A program made the translations under genes and the position numbers. A stretch of 64,000 bases of DNA, from the sequence record NC_041878.1. One strand, written 5' to 3'. Position 1 is the first letter of the stretch; each line of letters opens with the position of its first letter. Below, piece by piece: positions 47,723 to 55,600 of this stretch. A model generated the notes under the pieces. That model searched no databases and was not told the origin of the DNA. It saw only the letters and a program-made list of their open reading frames with translations.

Positions 47723-47836
47723 GCAGTGATCGTCTAGCGGCCCAGGACACGAAAAGCGATTCTTGATTAAGAATCTTACGGCATCTATAACTTTCATTTC
47801 ACGAACGTAACGTAGGTTCGAATCCTACTCACTGCT
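47723..47836 (+). tRNA. tRNA-Glu(TTC) with 41-nt insert between nt 28 and 29
   Basis: Glu-type D arm GTCTAGCGGCCCAGGAC; CG[insert 47752-47792]TTC-ATTTCAC-GAACG. Confidence 0.65.
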
Positions 47837-47859
47837 CAAATTATAAAAGGCTTTTTAAA

Positions 47860-48153
47860 ATGAAAAGTATTTTATTCTTTCAATATGCAGCAACTGGTGA
47901 AGGTTGGCGTACAGAAATCCGTTTCTGTAATCAGTCAAGACTCAGTGATGAACAAGCGATAGAACAGTTTAAGCAGAAACATCACGAGTACTTTCATTGT
48001 GGTATAGAAATGCATGACATTGATGAAGCGAAGGAAGACAAACGTTTTCTGCAACATTTGCAAGAACACGTACCTGCTTTACATCGTTATGTTGTGGGAA
48101 ATCGTGGTTGTTTAATTGATATTGACTACGTTCATTACGTGAATTTCTCATAA
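47860..48153 (+). CDS. hypothetical protein
   Basis: Co-oriented ORF. Confidence 0.7.
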   Translation: MKSILFFQYAATGEGWRTEIRFCNQSRLSDEQAIEQFKQKHHEYFHCGIEMHDIDEAKEDKRFLQHLQEHVPALHRYVVGNRGCLIDIDYVHYVNFS

Positions 48154-48159
48154 AAATCC

Positions 48160-48188
48160 TTGACTTGCGTCGGTTGACCTGATAGAAT
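48160..48188 (+). promoter_or_regulatory. sigma70-type promoter
   Basis: TTGACT-17-TAGAAT. Confidence 0.75.
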
Positions 48189-48228
48189 GTATTTACTGAT
48201 TTGAAATATAAAAGTTAACGAGGCTATC

Positions 48229-48510
48229 ATGAGCAACGGTACTGGTATTGCAATGCGTATTCAGATATTACCTAGTGGTCTTATCATCGGTCATGTGGTT
48301 CCTGAAGAACATCCGGCAAATGGTCATATTACAATGAAAACTGATCACGTATATGAGTTGCAGTTTGAACTTGCATACGGACGTGAACAATTGCGTGATA
48401 TTGGCGAAGCCGATGTGAAAATGTTTGATATTCAACCTGGTGGTTGTGGTCTGGATAAATTCATTGCTCTGGCTGGTGGTAAACATCTTACTGTGAAGAA
48501 CGGAAAGTAA
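48229..48510 (+). CDS. hypothetical protein
   Basis: SD GAGG. Confidence 0.75.
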   Translation: MSNGTGIAMRIQILPSGLIIGHVVPEEHPANGHITMKTDHVYELQFELAYGREQLRDIGEADVKMFDIQPGGCGLDKFIALAGGKHLTVKNGK

Positions 48511-48512
48511 CC

Positions 48513-48710
48513 ATGAAAGTACAATGGATCAAAATTAAAAATCCAGACGATATGCAATTCTTCGCTGGAAAGATTTATCCAAAAGATGATGCTGACTATC
48601 AGTACATCGAAGATGAATTTGGTACTCAGTACTCAGTAAGTCCTGATGGACTTAAAGAACTTCAGAATTTCGGATGGGAAATTGAGGTACAATATGAAAG
48701 TATACATTGA
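48513..48710 (+). CDS. hypothetical protein
   Basis: Co-oriented ORF. Confidence 0.7.
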   Translation: MKVQWIKIKNPDDMQFFAGKIYPKDDADYQYIEDEFGTQYSVSPDGLKELQNFGWEIEVQYESIH

Positions 48711-49059
48711 TGATATTCGTGATCCTCAAAAGTACTTGACTGCTGAACAAGCTGAAGGTATTGTATGGCTCAAAGAATGGTGGGAAGCAAAACGTTTTTT
48801 GATTGAACATTCTTCTGAAATTGAAGTAATTCATTTTGACCATTATATGGATGAACCAACTTTAACTGGTACTGATCTGTTTATGATGGTTGCGGGTGAT
48901 TGCATGTGGGGTGATAAAGAAAATTGGCCTAATGTGAAAACCATTTATCTTCATTCTTCGGATGAAGACAGTATTGAAGAATTGATGGAAAACTATGCAG
49001 AACCTATGCATAAGGCTGGTGTAGAAGTTATCAATAATAGTCAGAGGAATAATTACTGA
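48694..49059 (+). CDS. cyclic-phosphate-processing receiver domain protein
   Basis: KVYIDDIRDP...IHFDHYM...TGTD...IYLHSS. Confidence 0.7.
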   Translation: MKVYIDDIRDPQKYLTAEQAEGIVWLKEWWEAKRFLIEHSSEIEVIHFDHYMDEPTLTGTDLFMMVAGDCMWGDKENWPNVKTIYLHSSDEDSIEELMENYAEPMHKAGVEVINNSQRNNY

Positions 49060-49415
49060 TGAAAGTATATGTTGATGATATTCGTAATCCAGAAAACCAT
49101 CTCAGTGCTGAACAGGCAGAAGGAATCCACTGGAAAAAAGAATGGTGGGAAGCAAAGAACTTTATCTTCGATAACTGCGAAGAAATTGAAACTATCCATC
49201 TGGACAATTTCTTAGGTGATCGTACTCATACTGGTGCTGATATACTTCGTATGGTAACTCGTAGTTTAAAACGCGGTACGTTCCCTAAACTGAAACAAAT
49301 TTATCTTCACAGTTCTGACAAAGAAGTTGTGAATAACTTATATAACTCTCAGATTGAGTGTTGTAAAGAAGCAGGTGTTGAGTTAATTAAAAACTCACGT
49401 CCTAATCGTACTTAA
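49059..49415 (+). CDS. cyclic-phosphate-processing receiver domain protein (tandem paralog)
   Basis: KVYVDDIRNP...IHLDNFLG..TGAD...IYLHSS. Confidence 0.7.
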   Translation: MKVYVDDIRNPENHLSAEQAEGIHWKKEWWEAKNFIFDNCEEIETIHLDNFLGDRTHTGADILRMVTRSLKRGTFPKLKQIYLHSSDKEVVNNLYNSQIECCKEAGVELIKNSRPNRT

Positions 49416-49423
49416 TAAAATAT

Positions 49424-49548
49424 GGCGAGTTAGCTCAGTGGTAGAGCACGTATGAAACCCAGGATTCCTGTACTTGAATCCCGCAGCAACTATACTCTCA
49501 AGCCTTTTAAGCTCGTGGTCATTGGTTCGAATCCAATACTCGCCACCA
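49424..49548 (+). tRNA. tRNA-Lys(TTT) with 50-nt insert between nt 28 and 29
   Basis: Removing 49451-49500 leaves a 75-nt cloverleaf: CGAGC-CTTTTAA-GCTCG, ACCA. Confidence 0.75.
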
Positions 49549-49565
49549 AACATTGAGGAAAAGAT

Positions 49566-49799
49566 ATGTCTATCTTTGCTGAAATTAAACAAAGTTTTTT
49601 AGATGCAGTACGTACTGATGTGACTTTTGCTGATCCAGCAATTGCACGTGAGCAATCATCTAAGTCAGTAAACCCTACTACTTATGATCGCTATCAGAAG
49701 TATCATTTTGACGCTGGTGAAATGTCTAAACTGGACAAAGTACTTGGCAATTTTATTAACCCTGTAATCGATAATATTAAAAAGGTTATCATTAAATGA
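49566..49799 (+). CDS. hypothetical protein
   Basis: SD GAGG. Confidence 0.7.
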   Translation: MSIFAEIKQSFLDAVRTDVTFADPAIAREQSSKSVNPTTYDRYQKYHFDAGEMSKLDKVLGNFINPVIDNIKKVIIK

Positions 49800-50419
49800 C
49801 AATTAAACTGACTCCTGTTAGTACTAAAAATCCATTAAGTCTACTTCGTGTAAAGCTATCCTTTATGCATGGTGATGCAGACGCATACACTAGTGACAGT
49901 TTTGATGTTCGTCTTCCAAATGTGGAAAACAAAAATGAACTGATCGGTCGTATTCTTCGCGGAGTCAGTATTGGCTTAGATTTGATGGATGATGATAATT
50001 ATCCAGAATGTCCGTTTATGGTTGCTGATGGGGATTGGAATACATCTAATATGATTGATGGTATTCCGTTAATCGGTACTAAAGTTCAATTCGTATATGA
50101 AGTTAAGCATTCTGAATACTGGACTGAACGTTGTATTGATACTGGTACTGTAGTAGAAGCAAACGAAGACACAGTTACTGTTGAATTCGAAGGTTCTAAA
50201 TACGTAGTACCGAACGATGAAGATCATATTGCACCAGAAAGTTCAGTTGCCATTATTGTTGATGGTAATGAATGTACCTTTACGGTTGATGGTGCGAAAG
50301 TGTATTTTAACGGTCAGGGTGATTGTACTTGTGATGGTCAACGTTCAGCCCAGCCAAGTTTTGACGAAGTACTTTACTTTGACGAAAACGGCAACAAATT
50401 CACTGTTTCGGGATTCTAA
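49796..50419 (+). CDS. hypothetical protein
   Basis: 207 aa ORF. Confidence 0.8.
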   Translation: MTIKLTPVSTKNPLSLLRVKLSFMHGDADAYTSDSFDVRLPNVENKNELIGRILRGVSIGLDLMDDDNYPECPFMVADGDWNTSNMIDGIPLIGTKVQFVYEVKHSEYWTERCIDTGTVVEANEDTVTVEFEGSKYVVPNDEDHIAPESSVAIIVDGNECTFTVDGAKVYFNGQGDCTCDGQRSAQPSFDEVLYFDENGNKFTVSGF

Positions 50420-50443
50420 GTGTAAAAAAACCAGCGGGAACGC

Positions 50444-50472
50444 TTGACAACTGCCAAACACCCCGCTATAAT
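50444..50472 (+). promoter_or_regulatory. sigma70-type promoter
   Basis: TTGACA-17-TATAAT. Confidence 0.85.
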
Positions 50473-50485
50473 AGTGGGGTATCCT

Positions 50486-50641
50486 ATGAAGTACTTTTTT
50501 GAAGTTTTAATTTTAATTATCATAGTTATGGCGTTGTTGGCATTCGTCTTTAAAAGCCATGTAATAGCAATCACTGGCATTACCATATTTCTTTTGGGAT
50601 GCTTACTTGAATACATTCTTAACAGGAATTCAAAAACATGA
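50486..50641 (+). CDS. small membrane protein
   Basis: Two TM; start moved to MKYFF. Confidence 0.65.
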   Translation: MKYFFEVLILIIIVMALLAFVFKSHVIAITGITIFLLGCLLEYILNRNSKT

Positions 50642-51012
50642 AATATTTTAGTGAAGTACTTTTCCTCGCTCTGGCACTTATTCTGTTTGTATGTGGTCAA
50701 ACTGGCCTTGCAATATTCTCTGCAATGTTCTGTGTAATTGCATGGATGTGGCCGCATTATAAAGAACCAAAAACTGCTGAACAGTTGATGGCAGAAGCTG
50801 ATCCAGGTAATGCAGTACTGGTATTTGTTGAATATGAATTTAATTCTAACAAAGGTGAAACCTTCACTGCTGAATTGCATCATGACAGTACTATTCCTCT
50901 TACTGAAGAAGAAGTACTAACTGATCTGGCTGAACATGTAACTGAACACACTGGTATTCCGATTGATGCTTCACGCCTTCATGTACTGAAGTTCAATCAA
51001 ATTGCAGCGTAA
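50638..51012 (+). CDS. membrane protein
   Basis: N-terminal TM hairpin resembling previous ORF. Confidence 0.75.
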   Translation: MKYFSEVLFLALALILFVCGQTGLAIFSAMFCVIAWMWPHYKEPKTAEQLMAEADPGNAVLVFVEYEFNSNKGETFTAELHHDSTIPLTEEEVLTDLAEHVTEHTGIPIDASRLHVLKFNQIAA

Positions 51013-51061
51013 TTAAACGATCCTTTAATAAGTATTAGTTTAATAAAAATAAATTTTAATT

Positions 51062-51085
51062 AAGCCCTTATCATAGGGCTTTTTA
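51062..51085 (+). terminator. intrinsic terminator
   Basis: AAGCCCT-tatcat-AGGGCTTTTT. Confidence 0.75.
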
Positions 51086-51088
51086 TTT

Positions 51089-51174
51089 GGGAATATGGCG
51101 AAATTGGTAGTACGCACCACACTCAAAATGTGGCGAGGCAACTCGTGTCGGTTCGAGTCCGACTATTCCCACCA
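51089..51174 (+). tRNA. tRNA-Leu(CAA)
   Basis: CCACA-CTCAAAA-TGTGG, long variable arm, CCA. Confidence 0.95.
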
Positions 51175-51203
51175 ATTTTAATTGAGAAAGGTAGTTTATA
51201 TTC

Positions 51204-51788
51204 ATGCATACGTTTGATGTTTGTGAAACGGATTTAGAACTACTAGGTGAAGGTTCTTCGCGTAGAGTTTATGGTTTAGATCCAGAATGGGCTATTAAAA
51301 AGCCAATTAATTACGGCGGCATTTGGCAAAACAAAAATGAAATAAAAGTTTTTAAAAAGTACAAGAACAGTACTTTACCGTTGTGTCCAATTGATCTTGA
51401 ACGTTCAACATCGCAATCTATTATTATGCGTAGAGTGAAGCCATTAGATGATATGCAATTAAGCATGTTTGATGGTGCAGTAATGGATTATGTTGATGAA
51501 TGTCATATAAAATATATTAGTACTGAACAGAAGCGTAACTTCATAAAAGAAATGATTGAAAGCAACTATGATCCTAAAGTAGTTGAATTCGTAAAGAAAC
51601 TTGCACGTTTCAAAAGTGAAGATATTCATCATTTCTTTTATGATGTTTGCTCTTTTAATTGTGGTATGTTAAATGATCAAATTGTAATTATTGATTATGG
51701 TTATCCTGATGAAGATTACCATGATGATCATTTTTATACCAGTACTAAGGAATATGAAAGATATTTTGAATGTTCTTTGACAGCTTAA
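51204..51788 (+). CDS. minimal protein-kinase-like protein
   Basis: LGEGSSRRVY, AIKK, NKNE, IIMRRV, D...FNCG, VIIDYG. Confidence 0.7.
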   Translation: MHTFDVCETDLELLGEGSSRRVYGLDPEWAIKKPINYGGIWQNKNEIKVFKKYKNSTLPLCPIDLERSTSQSIIMRRVKPLDDMQLSMFDGAVMDYVDECHIKYISTEQKRNFIKEMIESNYDPKVVEFVKKLARFKSEDIHHFFYDVCSFNCGMLNDQIVIIDYGYPDEDYHDDHFYTSTKEYERYFECSLTA

Positions 51789-51806
51789 TTAAAAAAGAGT
51801 AATATT

Positions 51807-52313
51807 ATGTCTGATACAATGTTTCCTTATATTGGTAAAGGTTGTTCAAGGATGGTGTACGCGATTAATGATGATATAGTCATTAAGGTTGCACGATACT
51901 TAGATAGTTCATCTGGCACTACATTAGCCAAATGGGGCATAGATCAGTGTAAAACAGAATTAGATACGTACTTAAAGTACGGAGAAAAGATGCCATTCTG
52001 TAAAATTTACGTTGACATGTGCACAGATGAGCGTATAATAATGGAACGGGTCACACCACTGTCTGACCTTCCGAGTGAAATTACAGATTTTGATGAAGTG
52101 ACTGACTTGATTTCACGTTTAGAATTTGAACGTGAGAACGAGTCTGGATATTTAGAGTCGTTACATCCTGCGATGCAGCGGTTTGCTGAAAAAGTTTTAA
52201 AAAGTGGCTTGACACGTCAGGAAATACGAGATATACTCTCTGACGTTGAGTACAGTAATATGGGTATTAAAAACGGGGAACTTTATATTTTAGACTTTGG
52301 AATATACGGCTAA
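51807..52313 (+). CDS. minimal protein-kinase-like protein (tandem paralog)
   Basis: IGKGCSRMVY, VIKVA, CKTE, IIMERV, DVEYSNMG, ILDFG. Confidence 0.75.
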   Translation: MSDTMFPYIGKGCSRMVYAINDDIVIKVARYLDSSSGTTLAKWGIDQCKTELDTYLKYGEKMPFCKIYVDMCTDERIIMERVTPLSDLPSEITDFDEVTDLISRLEFERENESGYLESLHPAMQRFAEKVLKSGLTRQEIRDILSDVEYSNMGIKNGELYILDFGIYG

Positions 52314-52330
52314 AATATTTAAAAAAGTCC

Positions 52331-52359
52331 TTGACTCTGGTTTGAAAGTTTGATACTAT
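52331..52359 (+). promoter_or_regulatory. sigma70-type promoter
   Basis: TTGACT-17-TACTAT. Confidence 0.75.
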
Positions 52360-52461
52360 AATCACATCGACGGATGTAAAGCGTAAAAGTTGGTATATAA
52401 TTATAAAATAAAGATTATAATTAGTACTTTTTGTAAAAATAAAATATAAGGTTTATAAAGA

Positions 52462-52677
52462 ATGGCTAAGAATGTTATTACTGATATTGGCGAAGTTGAA
52501 CGTACTGTGAACTACATCCAGTTCCAGATCTCTCAGGCAGATGCAATGCTTGCTCCTTTCGCTAACAGCGATAAATCAAAGATCTGCTATGCACATCTTC
52601 TGGATTGGAAGAAGTCTTTGCAGAACGAACTGCATGAGATCCGTAAGGCTCAGCAGAAAGCACGTTACCACAAGTAA
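52462..52677 (+). CDS. hypothetical protein
   Basis: High-expression codon bias. Confidence 0.75.
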   Translation: MAKNVITDIGEVERTVNYIQFQISQADAMLAPFANSDKSKICYAHLLDWKKSLQNELHEIRKAQQKARYHK

Positions 52678-52740
52678 TGTGAAGCCATGCCGCCAACATT
52701 GTTGGCGGTACTTTTAAGTTAGAAACAAAGGAACTGCAAA

Positions 52741-52983
52741 ATGAAAAGTGCAACTGACCTTAAAAACTTGCATAAACGTATTCAACAGTTGAAAGGGCAG
52801 CAGAAGTTACTTAATGTAGAATATGCTGAACTGGATGCTAAAGAAAACAAAACCAAAGATGAAACGAAACATCTTGCGTCTATTCGCAATTTGCAGTGGT
52901 CTTTGATTTATCAAATTCGTGGGCTGGAATTAACGTTCAAAGAACTGAAAGACCAGGTTATTCAAGAAATTATTAACTCGTAA
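52741..52983 (+). CDS. coiled-coil hypothetical protein
   Basis: SD AAGGA. Confidence 0.7.
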   Translation: MKSATDLKNLHKRIQQLKGQQKLLNVEYAELDAKENKTKDETKHLASIRNLQWSLIYQIRGLELTFKELKDQVIQEIINS

Positions 52984-52995
52984 CTGGAGATTATA

Positions 52996-53466
52996 ATGGG
53001 TACAATTATACTGTACTGTGTTTTGGGAAGTCTAGGTTTATTCATTCTGTACATGTTGGTGATCACTTCATCTTTGGGTACTGAACGTTTTAAAGTACCG
53101 CAATTCTTAATGTCATCTTTGACGTACAGCGAAGAAGCAACAACTAAGTTGAATCTTCTGATTGATAAGTACGAAGCTGGTCTTCTGAACATTCGCCGTA
53201 CTGATAAAACATTAATTTTTACTGATGTTGAAACTGGTCAAAAAGCTGGTGAAATCTGGATTCAGAACAAGTACTATTCGTATGGTAATCTGCATCGTTA
53301 CGGTGCACAAGATGACAAACAATGGTCTTGTAATAAACCAAACATCAAAACGTTCAAGCGTATTATCAAACTTGAACAAACTCTAGAAAAAACTTCTCAA
53401 GAGCAATCTGCGGTTAGTACTCCTAAACCAGCAGCTAAAGCTGGTGAAGAAGTTGTTCTAGACTAA
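52996..53466 (+). CDS. membrane-anchored hypothetical protein
   Basis: SD GGAG; N-terminal TM. Confidence 0.75.
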   Translation: MGTIILYCVLGSLGLFILYMLVITSSLGTERFKVPQFLMSSLTYSEEATTKLNLLIDKYEAGLLNIRRTDKTLIFTDVETGQKAGEIWIQNKYYSYGNLHRYGAQDDKQWSCNKPNIKTFKRIIKLEQTLEKTSQEQSAVSTPKPAAKAGEEVVLD

Positions 53467-53484
53467 GGGCGAAAGCCCTTTTTT
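53466..53484 (+). terminator. intrinsic terminator
   Basis: AGGGC-gaaa-GCCCT TTTTT. Confidence 0.8.
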
Positions 53485-53520
53485 AATTGAGATGTTTTTC
53501 AGTACTTTATGAAAAATAAA

Positions 53521-53549
53521 TGAAACGATAGAAATTTTTGTGGTATAAT
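53521..53549 (+). promoter_or_regulatory. class-B promoter
   Basis: TGAAAC-17-TATAAT before permuted tRNA mimic. Confidence 0.8.
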
Positions 53550-53566
53550 ATAGTACATAAGGCAAC

Positions 53567-53687
53567 GGAATCTTACAGCAAAAATAATTAATTTTTGATG
53601 AAAACAAAACGATGGCGGTTCGAATCCCCACCCACGATTTTGCCTTATTTTAAGTGGGAGCATGGTGCTGGATAAACAAGAGATTCC
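53567..53687 (+). ncRNA. circularly permuted tRNA mimic (ACAGCAA family)
   Basis: GGAATC-TTACAGCAA, T arm, CCCAC/GTGGG closed acceptor, D-like hairpin, GATTCC. Confidence 0.7.
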
Positions 53688-53709
53688 AGATTTTAATTTA
53701 GAAAATTTT

Positions 53710-53738
53710 TGAAACGAATCAAAAATTTGTGGTATAAT
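53710..53738 (+). promoter_or_regulatory. class-B promoter
   Basis: TGAAAC-17-TATAAT. Confidence 0.8.
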
Positions 53739-53755
53739 AAACGTATTAGCAACAC

Positions 53756-53873
53756 GAAATCTTACAGCAAACAATATCTTATATTTTTTATGCGAAAAAA
53801 ACGATGTGGTTCGAATCCACAACAACCATGTTGCTATGTTGGTTGTGCATGGGGCTAGAAAACAAAAGATTTC
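53756..53873 (+). ncRNA. circularly permuted tRNA mimic (ACAGCAA family)
   Basis: GAAATCTT-ACAGCAA; TGTGG-TTCGAAT-CCACA; ACAACC/GGTTGT; AAGATTTC. Confidence 0.75.
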
Positions 53874-53907
53874 AGTTTTTTTAATTAAGACAAATAGGAC
53901 AACGGCA

Positions 53908-54054
53908 ATGACCGCAGAAGAAAATTTAGAAATCCTTCGTAAAATTCTTGACGGAATTCGTGATGGCGATTTGAATGAAGTAATGTCCGAAATAGGTTTT
54001 GAAGTATCCAAAAGTACAGATAAAAGTACTGAATGGATAAACAAAAACCAATAA
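53908..54054 (+). CDS. small hypothetical protein
   Basis: SD AGGA; MTAEENLEIL. Confidence 0.6.
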   Translation: MTAEENLEILRKILDGIRDGDLNEVMSEIGFEVSKSTDKSTEWINKNQ

Positions 54055-54060
54055 CAATCA

Positions 54061-54133
54061 GTTCCCATCGTCTAGTGGTAGGACTTTTGACTTTCTATCA
54101 AAAAACCTCGGTTCGAATCCGGGTGGGAACGCA
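54061..54133 (+). tRNA. tRNA-Glu(TTC)
   Basis: TTTGA-CTTTCTA-TCAAA, T arm. Confidence 0.9.
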
Positions 54134-54142
54134 AAGATATTT

Positions 54143-54231
54143 GGGGGAATAGTCCGTAGTTGGTAGCGGGGCAGACTGTAAATCTGCTACACGAAAGTGT
54201 TCGGGTGGTTCGACTCCATCTTCCCTCACCA
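54143..54231 (+). tRNA. tRNA-Tyr(GTA)
   Basis: GCAGA-CTGTAAA-TCTGC, long variable arm, CCA. Confidence 0.95.
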
Positions 54232-54232
54232 A

Positions 54233-54338
54233 AAGAATCGCACAGCAAACATCAATCTTATATATTTCATTTGGCGAAAACACCTTCGGTTCGATTCCGA
54301 TTTACCACTGGATGTGGGGATAGAAAAACACGATTCTT
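54233..54338 (+). ncRNA. ACAGCAA family RNA with T arm and short closed acceptor
   Basis: AAGAATCG-CACAGCAA...TCGG-TTCGATT-CCGA...CGATTCTT. Confidence 0.65.
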
Positions 54339-54376
54339 GTTTCTAATTTAGCGTGAGTTAACAGAATTTAGCACAC

Positions 54377-54533
54377 GGATTCAGACAGCAAACATAAAAT
54401 CTTAAAAATCATATCATATAACGAGATTGTCTACTCGGACGTAAAACTCCCTTCGTAGTCACTTGGCAACTAGGGATATATAAATTAGTTGTATCGAACA
54501 GTGCTAAGGTTTTTGTTCGATTACATTGAATCC
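54377..54533 (+). ncRNA. ACAGCAA family RNA with inverted closing helix
   Basis: GGATTCA-GACAGCAA...TGAATCC. Confidence 0.55.
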
Positions 54534-54563
54534 AGTAATCAAAGTACTTCATTGTACTTTTAT

Positions 54564-54654
54564 GGAAGATTGGCAGAGCGGTTTAATGCACATGTCTTGA
54601 AAACATGCGGGGGTTAATAGCCCTCCCTGGGTTCGAATCCCAGGTCTTCCACCA
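54564..54654 (+). tRNA. tRNA-Ser(TGA)
   Basis: CATGT-CTTGAAA-ACATG, long variable arm, CCA. Confidence 0.95.
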
Positions 54655-54660
54655 AATTTT

Positions 54661-54781
54661 GGGAAAGTAGCTCAGTTGGTAGAGCACGTATAGACGATTC
54701 TTGTAGTTGAATCTTACAGCAACCATACAATTGCATATATGAAAGCACGGTGTCATTGGTTCGAATCCAGTCTTTCCCACA
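54661..54781 (+). ncRNA. tRNA (Phe-like body) with 43-nt ACAGCAA insert and 10-nt loop
   Basis: GGGAAAG/CTTTCCC, canonical D and T arms; CG[54689-54731]TGC-ATATATGAAA-GCACG. Confidence 0.65.
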
Positions 54782-54845
54782 TAGAATCTAACAGCAAACC
54801 TTATTTTATCAAACCTAACCTTTGAAGCGAAAATAATAGATTCTA
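54782..54845 (+). ncRNA. minimal ACAGCAA family RNA
   Basis: TAGAATCTA-ACAGCAA...TAGATTCTA. Confidence 0.6.
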
Positions 54846-54870
54846 GTACTTTTAATTTGAGAAATACATA

Positions 54871-55272
54871 TTGGAAAATGATGAAATTGAAAATATGTTA
54901 GTTGACGCATTGCGAAAAATCGACACTTCATCATATGATTTTAAATCTTCCAAAGAGATTTCGAATTCAGAATTCGGTTCTGACGGCAAACGGCGATACT
55001 TGAAACTCTACTTTCAAAAAAGTTCAGGTGAAGGTATTATAGAATTCATTTATCATTCGATAAAAGATACGCTACGATTCAGAATTCAATATATTGATAA
55101 CTCTGATGAAGATGAAGATTTTGATGGAACTAGCATATCGTATAAGATACCAAGAACTGAGGAACAATATTTTCAGTACGATACAATTCAGGACAACATG
55201 TTTAGTTTAGAATTCTATATTTTACTAGAAAAAACAATGTCAGAATTGACACTACTATGGTATAGTAGATGA
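54871..55272 (+). CDS. hypothetical protein, EExxFQxxT family
   Basis: TEEQYFQYDTIQD. Confidence 0.7.
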   Translation: MENDEIENMLVDALRKIDTSSYDFKSSKEISNSEFGSDGKRRYLKLYFQKSSGEGIIEFIYHSIKDTLRFRIQYIDNSDEDEDFDGTSISYKIPRTEEQYFQYDTIQDNMFSLEFYILLEKTMSELTLLWYSR

Positions 55273-55295
55273 TTTAATCACCACAAGGAAATGAA

Positions 55296-55505
55296 ATGTT
55301 TTACGATTATTATTATAAAGTAGATGGTGCACTTCGTCGTCATACTTCTGCGGAAGAACTAAATGATGAACAAGTAAGCAACATCTTCGGTGCACAAAAA
55401 CGTGTAGTACTTCTTGAGCCAGTAGTGTTTGAACGCGAAGTTCAGGAAGATGAAAAAACTAAAACTGTTAAAGAACATGTAGGGTTTATCGGTTACGTAG
55501 AATAA
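55296..55505 (+). CDS. hypothetical protein
   Basis: SD AAGGA. Confidence 0.7.
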   Translation: MFYDYYYKVDGALRRHTSAEELNDEQVSNIFGAQKRVVLLEPVVFEREVQEDEKTKTVKEHVGFIGYVE

Positions 55506-55532
55506 TAAATGTAACGTACTGATAAATAAAAT

Positions 55533-55577
55533 AGAATCCATCCAGCATTGACCGGAAAATAATATATTGGATTCTTG
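55533..55577 (+). ncRNA. minimal ACAGCAA family variant
   Basis: AGAATCCA-TCCAGCA...TGGATTCT-TG. Confidence 0.45.
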
Positions 55578-55600
55578 TATTAATTGAGATGAGATATATT

